Below, piece after piece: positions 38,059-50,010 of a DNA stretch of 64,000 bases; position 1 is the first letter of the stretch; every line of letters starts with the position of its first letter. This DNA comes from Eledone cirrhosa (lineage: Eukaryota). The notes beneath the pieces were generated by a model. That model made no database searches, was not told the origin of the DNA, and saw only the letters and a program-made list of their open reading frames with translations. The stretch spans positions 1 to 64,000 of the forward strand of contig OZ024750.1 of the NCBI GenBank assembly GCA_964016885.1, in the 5' to 3' direction. A program made the translations under genes and the position numbers.

Positions 38059-38831
38059 CATACACATGCACTCAGTTTGACATACGCACAGATACATTCT
38101 GATATAATGGCTGCGGTTAAAGATCGGAAGTAGGGTGTATGTCAGAAATTAGATTCTTTTATTGTTAACAAAGAACAAAGAACATGGCGGTAAATGTTGA
38201 CTGACTCCAAAAGATAAAAAATAAATATTCGTTAATTTTTTTAAAATTATATTTCAGCTTTTCTTTGTAAATATTCATTTCCTCTCAATAATCTATATGA
38301 CATATCATCACTGTTAGATACACATGTGTATTATCGGAATCAAAGAAACAACAACACGCGTAATTGTCTGTATCTCTATAACTGTGTCTTTCTATCTAAC
38401 CCCCGCCCCCTCCTCTCTCTATATATACATATATCTTTCTATCAGTATGTCTATCTTTCACCAATTCTATTTCCTTCACTTTGACTACGTAGCCCAACTG
38501 GTGGCGACAGTGTTGGTGTAGTGGTGTGTTGGTGGTGTGTGTTGGTGTGGTGGCGTGGTGGTGTAGTGGTGTGGTGGTGTTGTGGTGATGAAATATCAAC
38601 CACGTGGAACACAAAATAGAATGAATACTACTACTAATACTACAAACAACAATAATAATTGTTTCTGCTTTGGGCAAAATGCAAACATTTTGAGAGGACG
38701 CTCTACCGATTACTGCAGGCACGTTACCCATCTAATAATAATATACTGTACATAAAAATCACAACACCATACATAATGACTGCGCCCTCGTTATCGAGTA
38801 TGGCCATTGCGAGATATAACATTATTGATAA

Positions 38832-39985
38832 CTAGCAGGTTAGCCCGGCGTTACTCGGGTTTGTTCATTTGCTATGAAAAGTTACATACAGGTAAACGTA
38901 GCTTGAAAGCGCATAATCTTATCAATTAAGTGCATAAAGCAGTTGAACCGGTTATTAATAGTTACAAACCAATTAGCATTTTGGACAATCAATGATGGCT
39001 TAATAATCTTCCAATAGCGAATTTAGTAGAACAAAGTTGCAAGATGGTGTCCCTGATGCCGCTGCGTGTCAGATCTGTCCGCTATGGGTGACCCAACCAG
39101 TTTTCCAGACGGCATAACTCAAACATCTATAGCACTTCATAGTAGACGATATTGCGTGTCATCCCTTGAGGAGTGTAAGCAAAAAGTCCATACGCGGAAA
39201 CTGGCAACAAAGTTGGCCATGGGAGAAGCATGGCTCCCCCAAATGGATGACCGCCACCAACAATGTTTGCCCTTGTGACTTGTTAATGGACTTGGAAAAA
39301 AAAAAAAAATGGTCTCACCGGGAATTGGGATCGCCGGAAATCGAACGGGATATCTGACGCCGAGGGGCAAAGGTTCATCCTTGGAATGAAAACATTCTCC
39401 CCTCTCCAGCACCCCGTTACAATGGTGGCCTCAATCAAGTGCAGCGTCAGTGACTTGACGACCATGCGAGTACCGTTGCACTGCTTTGGTGGACGCAAGT
39501 TCCTTATTAGCATAATGGGACAGCCAACCCTAAGCTTAAGAATAAGAGGTGGGAGCCCTGGGGAATTTAATAACTCAACCGGATAATTAACGATATCGTC
39601 GGGGTCTGACGCCAGGTCGATAGATTTGAAGATGTCTTCTTTACCGGGAATCTTCTCAATCAGCTGCTCGTTAATAAAATTAACCATGGTATTTTTCCGA
39701 GCAAGGATGGCTCTTTCGCTGAGCTAATCGAGGTTTTTAAAGTTAGATGAGACATTAGAAAAAACTGCTTCCAAAAGGTCAGAAGGGCTGCTCATAATGT
39801 TGCACAGGGAGTCGATTGCTATTCCGCCTTTGTCATCCGCAGGGACCTTGCCCTCACAAAGTGCTAAAATATTCTGACCAAATGCTGCAGACATGTCACC
39901 ATGCAAATGAGCACGCATATTTGTGCTCAAGTACAAACTCTTCACCTGGAGCCACAACATGGACGACTTAAGGCAGGCAGGCAGG
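38832..39985 (-). mobile_element. Helitron 3' fragment with Pif1-like helicase C-terminal remnant
   Basis: LKSSMLW..V..L.LSTNMR, AILARKN..VN.IN, PGLPPL.LKLRVGCPIMLIRNL...CNGTRMVV, VFIPRM, RSQFPVR. 3' hairpin CCCGAGTAACGCCGGG followed by CTAG|T at 38832. 39040-39290 looks like an inserted RTE 5'UTR-type fragment. Confidence 0.9.
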
Positions 39986-39989
39986 CACG

Positions 39990-40482
39990 CACTTCTGCTC
40001 TTGTCAAGGTGAACGGCTACCTCTCGGAGCCGTTCGAAATCGCGCGGTCCATCCGACAAGGGTGCCCTCTCTCCTCCCTTCTGTATGTAATGACTAGAGC
40101 CACTGCTGCAGAAGTTGGAGTTGTTAATGCCGTCGTCGGGCGGAGGTGGCGAACACATCTACTACCGCCTGACCGTCGTGCCTTGCCCAAGGGAAACGCT
40201 CTCCAAAATGGAGCGCACACTCTTCCAATTCCTTTGGAAGAAGCGGGCTCCTATGGTGAGGAGATCCATCTGCTGTCAACACCCTTCGAAAGGAGGGCTG
40301 AGATGCCGTGGCTGGTGATGCGTAAACACGCATTAAGGCTACGGCACCTCCAGGTATTCATCACCGGTCAACCGGTGTGGGCCCCGTTTGTGAGGCGAGC
40401 CTTTCCCAGACTCGTCTCGCTCACCGAGCTGCAATCCTGGGTCAAGCAAAGACCGAGAAAATCACCCAGACACCTTTGGTAA
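39990..40482 (+). mobile_element. Tx1/L1-clade LINE RT fragment
   Basis: ALVKVNGYLSEPFEIARSIRQGCPLSSLLYV; downstream LFQFLWK...VRRSICC.HPSKGGL. Confidence 0.85.
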
Positions 40483-40921
40483 TGCTGTTTCGCAAAATTA
40501 ATTGTGAAGAGGAATACCAATTCTTGCTCATCAGTGGATGAAGAATTATTATCATGGACATTTCTAAGTATATTAAAAAACTGAATAGTGTGCGTATATA
40601 ATAACGCACATGGTATCTGAACTTAGCGTGTCTCACAAACTCCCACCACTAAAGATAGCAGCCAAGTTTGTATTTATTTTATTGATTTATTCTTAAATTG
40701 TCTATAGTTAGTATTCTTTTCACCTTAGCGAATCTCATGCCTTACTATTTGAACACATGTATATATCTGTGTTCGTTTTTCTTTTATATTCAATTATGAT
40801 ATATATATATATATATTTATTAAAATAACAGATTAAAGTTTAAGCAAAGAATCGCTGCTTTCACCCTTAACGGGATCTTCTGAAACTCACATACATACGT
40901 ACATACATACATACGTACATA

Positions 40922-40963
<42 letters not shown>

Positions 40964-41289
40964 TATCTGCGCATGCGCGTGTGTGTGTGTGAATGTGGCG
41001 AAGATTAACGTCATTGCTGACGTCATGGATCATAATGTCGTTATGCAGACAGCCAGACATACAAACAGATATTATAAGGGCACGATGGAGATCGATAACT
41101 GGTGCCTAACACCTCTTTAAAAACAGAAAATTGAAAAATAAAAGCTGCAGTTAATATCTTTAGACCACAAGGAATATATAAATGCAAGTTTGAAGCCAAT
41201 CAGAGTAGAAATGTGGATTTGTATAGACTTTGCAAAAATGAGGAGAGACACACACAGTTTTATATATATATATGATATGAGTGTGCGGC

Positions 41290-42352
41290 GTTGTATCTAT
41301 ATCTTTCTAATTATGTCACTGAAAACATTGCCTTTCTTTTCACATTTTAGAAATGACACTGTTCAATTATATGACCTTATAGAAGTGTCTAGAAGAGAGA
41401 GAGAGATTAAGCATACCTTATGGTTTGGCACCACTGGGTCGGGCCTCTTTTCGTGGCAGGGTCTCCTTAGCTCCAGGGAAGTATTTCTCAAAACCATCTG
41501 GTACATTGCTGTTGCGTAGCAGAGCCCAGTCCTTCATTAGGGACAACAACGGCCGTGGTGAAGCAGTTACATATTTAGAGGTAACGTAGGAATGACGATA
41601 TATCTGAAATAGAGATTTTAGGGGTTATAAAGGGCCAGGGTTAAAGGTGGGGTAGATATGATATATCTGAATATATAGAATGGTGGTGTTGGTGGTGATG
41701 TAGTGTGATGGGGGTAGTGTAGTATGGCAGTGTTATAGTGTCTGGTAGTGCTGTAGTGTGTGGTAGTGTTCTAATGTAGGTTCAGTATGTGATGGTGGGG
41801 CTTCAATGGTTAGTGTGCTGCACTCATAAACATAACATCAAACCCTAGGTCTGGCAGCACATTGCATTAATAAGCCAGTTGCTTCATTTCAAGTTTTTCG
41901 GGATAGAACTGGAGTCTATCATTACAACAACCGGGAAACCTCCTATGTGAGGACACCCTTGTCCATCTACCTATCTATATACATAGATCCACACACATAA
42001 ATGTTTATGGATCTGTATTTTTGTGTATGAAAAAAATGGAAAAAATTAAAATCTCAAGTTAGGCTACTCTATAATTTAACTATTTGGTTCTCTTTGTTGG
42101 GTGTGGGTGTGTTTTATTTAGAAAGTTCAGACAGACAGCCATACAGATACATGATATGAGGGCGACGCGTCGTATCAATGTATCTAATTATTTGTCACTT
42201 CAAAGCTTGCTTGCTTTTCTTTTAACATTAAGTGTATGCGAGAGAGAGAGAGAAAGAGAGAAAGAGAGAAAGCATACCTTTTGGTTTGGCACCACTGGGT
42301 CGGGCCTCTTTTCGGGGTGGGGGTCTTCTTAGTTCCAGGGAAGTATTTCTCA
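41290..42352. repeat. Two diverged copies of an unclassified interspersed repeat (41290-41490, 42180-42352; partial third ~43450-43555)
   Basis: Shared AAGCATACCTT.TGGTTTGGCACCACTGGGTCGGGCCTCTTTTCG...CCAGGGAAGTATTTCTCA. Confidence 0.8.
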
Positions 42353-42439
42353 GTGTCCGAATTGTCCTCACATTCAGAGTGCCCATAAGCCTTGACAACC
42401 TTAGTGCTGTTAAATCGACTACATGGTTCTTTTATTATT

Positions 42440-42597
42440 TCACCCATAAATGGGGCCCTAACAGGTAACACTGCTCCGGGCCAGAGCAGACCTGGGAGTT
42501 ATGACAACTAAGGGGTAACTCCACATTCCCAACAGCTCATGAATTGCCGAAATGGAGCCTTGTCACTGGATGTAGTTTAATGTCATACCCAGGACAA
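42440..42597 (-). mobile_element. SINE-like interspersed repeat (also in every macrosatellite unit, e.g. 51527-51673)
   Basis: ATAAATGGGGCCC.AACAGGTA...CCAGAGCAGACCTGGGAGTTATGACAACTAAGGGG...GTCATACCCAGGACA is shared between loci. Strand and family are inferred. Confidence 0.7.
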
Positions 42598-43000
42598 TAT
42601 GTGTGTGTCATTATATATATATATATATATGATAGATAGATATACACGGGTGTGTATGATTATGTATAGAAGATTATATTAATAAAAGGAATTCCAACTT
42701 TGATTTACTCGTTTTATTTACAATCCTTTAAAATTTATAGTATTAGAATGAAATAGTATGGTAGAATATTAAATGTTAAGTGTTAATTGAACAAGTACTT
42801 TCATGCTTTCGCAATCTTCAGGTTCATAATGTGTGGTGACAGTCAAGTTTGCAATTTTCAACTGTAATGAGATGGGTAAATTTTGCCACTGTGAAAAGTG
42901 GCTCCAGAATGCTAAATCTTGAAAACTGTATTTCGACCAATCGGTGTGTAGTTTCACTGGATTACTAAAGCTGATTGGTTTAGGCGTCACAGTTGGTTGA

Positions 43001-43048
<48 letters not shown>

Positions 43049-43122
43049 GTTTGACAGATTTAACCTGAAGCATACGGAAAATACAGGATAAAGAGTAAAA
43101 TGTACAGATCGTTTCAATAACT

Positions 43123-43225
43123 ATTTCATCTCCCAGACAGATTAGAGATTTAATCTGTTTCGCCCTGAGAATTGTGTTTGTAACAGATAATCCGTAGGCG
43201 TCATCAGCGAGAGATAAGATGAAAT
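43123..43225 (-). ncRNA. Type I hammerhead ribozyme
   Basis: Minus strand: stem I ATCTCTCG - CTGATGA - C - GCC...GGC (stem II, long loop) - GAAA - CAGATTA/AATCTC/TAATCTG (stem III) - TC | TGGGAGAT. GUC triplet at 43138-43136. Outer stem I ATTTCATCT/AGATGAAAT. Confidence 0.88.
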
Positions 43226-43789
43226 GTGACAAACACCTAAAACTAAAAGCTACACGAATGAATATTTCACCTCGTGCGAGCAAACGGAAAATACAGGATA
43301 GAGTAAAATGTACACATCGTTTCAATAACTATTTCATCTCCCGGACAGATTAGAGATTTAATCTGTTTCGCCCTGAGAATTGTGTTTGTAACAGATCAGG
43401 AGACTGACTATTGTGCGTATATAAATTAACGCACATGGCATAAATACATACATCTAATTATATGTCAGTTAAAACCTTGCCTTTCTTTTCACATTTTACA
43501 GACAGCCACAATGCTGAATTATATGATCTTATGTCAGTGTATGGGAGAGAGAGAGGGGGGGGGGGTGAGCAAGCCAGGGTTTAGTCCCACATTTAAGATC
43601 ATAGGTAACATTTATCATATAAGAAGCTTCAAGAAAGTCATTAAAATGCCAGTCTCTGAAAATGTGAATATTGTCCTGTGCTACTGTTTCCTTGTGGGAA
43701 TGATGGGTTTCGGGTTGGTTTGAAAAGGATTGACAACAACCACACACTCACACCCACTGGTTATCGATTTCAGGTTAGGCAAGGTGACT

Positions 43790-45958
43790 AATGTTGTGAA
43801 GAGCAGGTGGCTGATGCAGCAATATGCTGTAGATGCCCAGGGAAAAATACAATGTTGTCACCTCAAAATGGCCGTAACAATCGAACCGTGATGCGAGCTG
43901 AAAAGTATGAGGGTTTCTATGAGGCTGAAGGAGATTCAGTAAATGAAGGCCGGAGAATTGTTCTTCCACCTTCAATCTATGGTTCCCAATCGCTTCTACA
44001 GTGAGTGCTTTCAGAATTCGATGACTGTGGTTCGACATGGTAAAGTCGTCTTATTTCATCACGGTAACAACTAACTCTAACTGGGATGAAATAAAAAATA
44101 ATTTGCACCCTAGTCAAGAACCTAGAGACCGTCCTGATATTTGTGCAAGATTCTTCAACATCAAGTATGACAGCCTCATGGGTGACATACTGAAAAAGAA
44201 AATGTCCTAGGAAAAGTTGTTGCTCGTTCTGCTACAATAGAGTGGCAGAAACGAGGCCCCACTCATGCTCATATTCTGCAGATAATGGCTGAAGATAGTA
44301 AGCACAAAACTGCTGATGACATTGATCAGGTAGTGTACTGTGAGATTCCAATTCTACAGAAGATCATCCCCATCTTGCAACATTCATGGCCCATGTGGAC
44401 AAGTTAATATGATGTGCTCATGAAAGGAAGGGCTAGGACAACAATAACAATGCTCAAACAGTTATCCCAAGGCAAACCGCATTTGTTGCCAAAAGTTCCT
44501 TTTCAAAGTATAGAAGAAGGGGTAGATAGCATGGTCAATTGTGAGGTTGTCTACAGTGTCAAGGCTGTTAACTAATTAAAGTACATCACAAAAGGATCAG
44601 ACAAAATCACTTTCACTATTAACGATGATCGAGGAAATTGTGTCCATGCTCGAAATGAAATTGAGACCTATATCAATGCATGGTACATCTCAGCCAGTGA
44701 AGCATTCTGGAAAGTTGCCTTGCCATTTACCTGGGGAACAAATGGTCGTGTTTGAGCAAGGGCAGGAAGAAAGTTCTTTCTAGGGGACAGCCAATGACTA
44801 AGTTCACGGAATATTTTCAACTGAATATTAGAGACCCGCTGGAACAAGATATATTGTATATTGATATTCCTAAATATTTCACTTGGACAAACAAAAAATG
44901 GCAAAGAAAAAAAGGGGACATCTGGATGGTGATCAACAATTTATGAGTGAATCTCTTGGACGCATTCTCAGAAGACATCAATCTGAATTATATTACCTCA
45001 GAATGATCATACATCACAAGGCTGGGTAAACTTCATATAAAGATTAACTTAGTCTGTTGGTCCTCAGCTGCCACAGATCTTCTGCACCATTTAATTGCAC
45101 TGCATGCCAAATGACCCTCTGCAGTTCTGGGAGAAATAGAAGAATTGTCTTGCAGAGGATATCATGCATGAACGTCATGAGCAATTCATGTCCATGCAAA
45201 CAAATAAATCAACTTCTGCCAACATTGAATCCTCAGCAACTGGTTCTTTTTCACAAAGTAATTACCTCTGTAAATGAAAATGAGGGCAGAATTTTCTGCT
45301 TGAATGCAAGTGCAGGTACAGGTCATAAGCATTCTAATGGATTACCTCCAATGTAAAAAAATAATTGCACTTGCCACTGCCATATCTGGAATAGCAGCCA
45401 CTTTGCTTCACAAACGAAGAACTCTTCATTCCAAGTGCACGATTCCTCTCAATATGACTGCTGAATCAACTTGCTTCTTCACAAAGAGGGATGACACAGG
45501 TAAACTTATGCAGCAAGCTGACCTGTTAATCATTGATGAGAGAGGTATGGGACATAAGAATATCTTTCAATGCCTGACAGGAGTTTCAAAGATGTTCGAG
45601 ATTGCAAAAAGCCATTTAGTGGTATCTGGTGACTAAAACCAAATTCTTCCAGTTCTACGTCATGGTGATAGACCACAAATAGTTGAAACAACCTTCAAGG
45701 GCAGACATTTATCTACAAACACAATTCTCACGTATGTTGCATTATCACAAAAAAGAAAATATTAAAATATTAAATGAAAGGTGTCTGTTTGCTGGCAACT
45801 GTGTCTACAAAGAAATTCTACAGTCATGTGAAACAGCTATCACTCTTTTAGTTGAAATGCATTTCAGTTTCTTTTTAAATGATAGAAAAGGGACACTACA
45901 AAAACTTATGTCTATATATACTAGCAGAAAAACGCCCAAAGGGCAGTTCTTCAGCTAG
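43790..45958 (+). mobile_element. Decayed, internally deleted autonomous-type Helitron (Rep and helicase remnants)
   Basis: RAEKY...GRRIVLPPS, FITVTTN.NW.EI, DRPDICARFF, IEWQKRGPTHAHIL (HUH motif 2), HGPCG, KYITKGSD, YISASEAFW; ATAISGIAATLL, LLIIDE, GD..QILPV. 3' hairpin GCCCAAAGGGC followed by CTAG at 45955-45958. Confidence 0.92.
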
Positions 45959-46189
45959 CATATATAAATATATGTCGTCTCTCTCGGTGTATGTGTGTGT
46001 ATGTGTGCATATATATATAATGATAAAATGCGAAATACTTTCAGATGTTAAAGTCCTTTATTGATAATGCTGCGATACATATTTGTATGACGATATATAT
46101 ATATATATAGTTATAACAGGGGAGGGTCATATTGTTATAAATATTGCAAGAAATAATAACAGAACACACGGTTTGGTTTGGGTTGTTTT

Positions 46190-46465
46190 TCGGTGTAGGT
46201 GTTGATGAATGGCTTGTGAGGACATTGCAAGCTTTGTACAGAGGTGCTGTCAGTAAAGTGAGGGTAGGAATGGAGTTTAGTGACAAATTCCAGATACAAG
46301 TAGGAATACATCCTGTTTACAGAAACTTATCTATGCTGATGATAAAATCAGTAGAAGAGCTTGAGAATAAATTCTGGCTATGAAAACAGAGTTGGAATTA
46401 AGAGGACTGAGAGTGAACATAGCTAAGACAAAATTGTTGATGAGTAGAAAAGAGGACAAAACTCA
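46190..46465 (+). mobile_element. RTE LINE RT core fragment
   Basis: GVDEWLVRTLQALYRGAVSKVRVG, YADD, GLRVNIAKTK. Ends in TGATGAGTAGAAAAGAGGACAAAACTC, also seen at 49861. Confidence 0.85.
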
Positions 46466-46469
46466 GCGG

Positions 46470-47300
46470 AGAAGGAAACTATGAATAAAATGGCGAGCTG
46501 TGTGGTTGCATTTAAGTATAATGAAAAGAAAAGTTATGGGCAAAAGAGGGCAATATCCATCGTCAGTTGTCTGCTAGGAATCATAGGCATTTCTTCGCGT
46601 TAGAGACAAGATACCTCAACCTAGGGCGAACAATAACTAAAATAAGTTATTGGAATAAAAAAAGGGGGAGAGAGAAAAATGGATACACACATGAAGGGTG
46701 AAGAAACGAAAAGAGGAAAAATCAAGTCAACAACTCATTTTGAACATAAGTTCTGGTGGGTTTAACGAGAAAAAAAAATACATGTCTTCACTGTAGCAGT
46801 GTGAGTGAGAGAAGAGACTGCTTTAGAAGTGGCAGGTTAGCCGAGAGAAGGTGACTAGCAGAAGAGGGAGAAGGGGGAGAGAGAGCATAGCAACAAGGGG
46901 ATAGAAGAGAGATGGGTCACAACCGAGAAGAAAACTATGTGAATAAAATGGCAAGCTGTGTGGTTGCATTGAAATATAATCAAAATAAAAGTTACGGGCA
47001 AAAGAGGGCAATATCCATCGTCAGTTGTCTGCTAGGAATCATAGGCATTTCTTCGCGTTAGAGACAAGATGCCTCAACCTAGGGCGAACAATAACTAAAA
47101 TAAGTTATTGGGATAAAAAAGAGGGGAGAGAGAGAGAAAAATATAAACAGACACAAAGGCTGAAGCAACAAAAAGAAAGGAAAAAAAAAAAAAAAAAAAA
47201 AAAAAATCGAGTGAACAAATTGATTTCGAACACAAGTTCTGGCGGGTTTGATAAGAAAAAAAAGACACATTCACTGTAGAAGTGTGAGCAAGAGAAGAGA
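46470..47300. repeat. Local direct duplication, ~350-bp copies at 458-bp offset
   Basis: GGGCAAAAGAGGGCAATATCCATCGTCAGTTGTCTGCTAGGAATCATAGGC... at ~46537 and ~46996. Confidence 0.9.
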
Positions 47301-47479
47301 CAGTTACGGACGAGGAAGGAAGTGAGCTAGCAGATTAGTGAGTGAAAATAAGAGAAAGCCAGAAACATACATATATATATATATATATACATACATATAA
47401 ATATATGCATATATACACATATATACATACATATAAATATATACATATATACATATATATGGTGGTTGCCAACTCTTTT

Positions 47480-48060
47480 TCGAGTACGGCCCCTACTTTA
47501 TATCCATGTAGGAGAACCCCTACCGATGGGCTGAACGAGTGTGACGTTTTAGTCCAGCCAGTGACTTGAAAACTCTGGTACAAACACTACACTTGTGACA
47601 ATTATTGACAGTGCTGGGCCCATGGTTCCATGTGACGACAAGTGCAGAGAGATCTCCAGATATAAAGCAATGCCTGTGCTGTGAAGCTTTTATAGTGAGC
47701 AAAGGCACTGCACAAAGCCAGTCCCACTCTCTTAACCAAGATGATATTTACCAAAAAGAAAAACAAGTCAACATCATTGGATACCATCAGGGTTGCAGGT
47801 GTTATATCAGAGTTTTCCTTCTCCTAGAATTCTGCCTTGACACAGGCTAAGGGGTCATCTCTCCCGGTGATTTTGGATGGCCATTGACTCTTAAGAGCTC
47901 CTTTGCCCTTTGACAGGTTTTGTTTTTAGTCCTGCAGGATGTCCAAAGTCACCCTCCTCACCAAGAAACCTTAGTGGGGTTGCCAGTTTAGTCGCCAACG
48001 ACCCGACCAGGAGACAGGTTGTACTGGGATACATGTTACCAGTAGCACCAACTGGTGACC
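47480..48060 (-). mobile_element. Internally deleted RTE (BovB-like) element: 5'UTR-like part plus C-terminal C2H2 finger
   Basis: HKCSVCTRVFKSLAGLKRHTRSAH preceded by WRSLC, matching the terminal zinc finger of BovB-type RTEs. The 5'UTR assignment is inferred. Confidence 0.6.
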
Positions 48061-48115
48061 TGACATAATATATATGTATGTACATATATATATATACACA
48101 CACACACACACAAGT

Positions 48116-48560
48116 GAGATGCGCGATGCTGCATGGTAGTGAGACATGGACAGCAACTGCAGAGGGTATGCGATGGCTGGAGAGAAAGGAAGCAAGCACG
48201 CTCCGTTGGATGTGCAATGTCAATGTGCGGGAACGACCAAGCATAAACGAGTTGAGAGAGAAACTGTGTTTAAGAGGGATAAGTTGTGGTGTGCAAGAGA
48301 GGACTGAGATGGTATGGACATGTGATGCGCATGGAGGTTGAGCGCTGGGTAAAGAAGGGAGACGCAGTAGAGGAAGACCACGAAAAACATGGGTGGAGGT
48401 GGTGAGAGCCGACTTCAGATCGCTGAAACTCACCAAGGAGATGACGAAGGACCGCGACAAGTGAAGAGATGCTTTGCTCAAGAGGACCTGTCCCACCCTT
48501 TCAAGCAGGGAAAAGCGGACGTAAAATGATGAACAGACGATGATAATGATGCTCTCTATA
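48116..48560 (+). mobile_element. RTE LINE 3' end with ATG-repeat tail (repeated in each unit)
   Basis: MLHGSETW...LERKEASTLRWMC, GRRSRGRPRKTW.EVVRAD, then AAATGATGAACAGACGATGATAATGATG. Confidence 0.88.
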
Positions 48561-48901
48561 TATCTATCAATCTATCCAGATATCTGTGCATCAGTCTATC
48601 TATTTACCTATAAACACCCTCCTCACTCCGTCTCAGGATCACCGAGACATCACCAACAACCAACCCACGCTGTGGGAAACAGTCCTCCCCGGGGCACACC
48701 CTGGTACTTCACACCATCTGTCTGTCTCGCTGCCTAACTACCGAGAAATCCGGCTTCTGTGCTTGCCTAATTTGTAGGTTATTAGGCAGTTGGCAGGTTT
48801 GCGGAAGTTGGTTTTGCAAATGGTTAAAACACTTGCATCACAAAATTCAAATAGCATCACTCCTTGTTTTATCTTTCTCGTCTTTACCTAGGCCTGCATA
48901 A

Positions 48902-48955
48902 GTTAGTGTTACGGTTAGTGTTACTGTTAGCGTTACGGCTAGTTTTAGGGTTAAT
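48902..48955 (+). repeat. Degenerate telomere-like hexamers (repeated in each unit)
   Basis: GTTAGT GTTACG GTTAGT GTTACT GTTAGC GTTACG GCTAGT TTTAGG GTTAAT. Confidence 0.7.
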
Positions 48956-49034
48956 TGAGAGCAAGAAACTGCTGCTAGGTAAAGACAAGAAATTCTGCAT
49001 TTACAAGCAATTTTTACAAACAGCCACAATGACA

Positions 49035-50010
49035 GGACGGAGACATCGTTATGCTAGCAGGGGATTTCAATGGTCATGTTGGACAGCTCTACGATGGTTA
49101 CACTGAGGTACATGTTGGGCACACTTACGGCTTAAGAAATGAAGCAGTGAAACTTCTTGAATTTTGCGATGCAATTGCACTAACCATCTACAACACTAAC
49201 TTACACAAATCTGCCAACCACCTAATAACCTACAAATCAGGCAAGCACATAAGCCAGATTGACTTCTTGCTAGTTAGGCAGCGGGACAGGCAGATGGTGT
49301 CAAATACAAAGGCATACCCCGGGGAAGAATGTACCCCACAGCATAGGTTAGTCGTTAGTGATATCTCATTAAGCAAGAGACTGAACGAGACATACAGGAA
49401 GGTGTGGAAAAAAGAAAGGTCTGGAAGCTAAAAGAGCTCTCACTAAAATACAAATTTAGGAAAGCCCTTCAATATGTGTATGATGAAAAAGAAGACGATT
49501 TAGAGTCGTACAACATAGATGATAACTGGAATTTCTTATGCGATACCTTACTGCAGGTTACTGATGAAACTTGTGGCTGGATCAGAGTTCCAACCAGACA
49601 GAGAGTGACATGGTGGTGGGACAGCACGGTAGATCGGGCCATTGGAGACTAAAGACTAGCATGGAATGCTTGCAAAATTAGTGCGAGTAGAGAAGAATAT
49701 ACAGCCGCTAAGAGAGAAGCTAGACGTCAGGTGTACTTAGCATGCAAGGAGGCTGCTCGACGACGTGCGCTGTTCCGTACTGCGAGGCAGTGTGTCAGTG
49801 CAAATCGGGATTAAGTCTGTCCGCAATGATGCCGCTGTACTTTGTGTCACGAATGAGTGTTGATGAGTAGAAAAGAGGACAAAACTCTATTCCGTCAGGG
49901 AAATGGCCATGTTCGATATGCAGAAACGGAACTGGCATAAATTATATAAAACGTACACAAAAGATCGAGTGCGATAGCAGGCACGTAGTGGGATAGCAGG
50001 CAAACTAACA
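49035..50010 (+). mobile_element. RTE LINE APE endonuclease and linker remnant (repeated in each unit)
   Basis: AGDFNGHVG, LLEFC, HLITYKSG.H.SQIDFLLVR, GEECTPQHRLVV, VTWWWD, SGKWPCSIC; frameshifts and stops. Confidence 0.92.

Noticed and set aside
39283-39687. Host PIF1 telomere helicase gene
   Set aside because: Intronless, interrupted, and followed by a Helitron 3' hairpin plus CTAG; it is a transposon helicase remnant.
47520-47708. Host C2H2 zinc-finger gene
   Set aside because: A single terminal finger preceded by an RTE-type WRSLC motif, with no TGEKP linkers; better explained as a LINE C-terminus.
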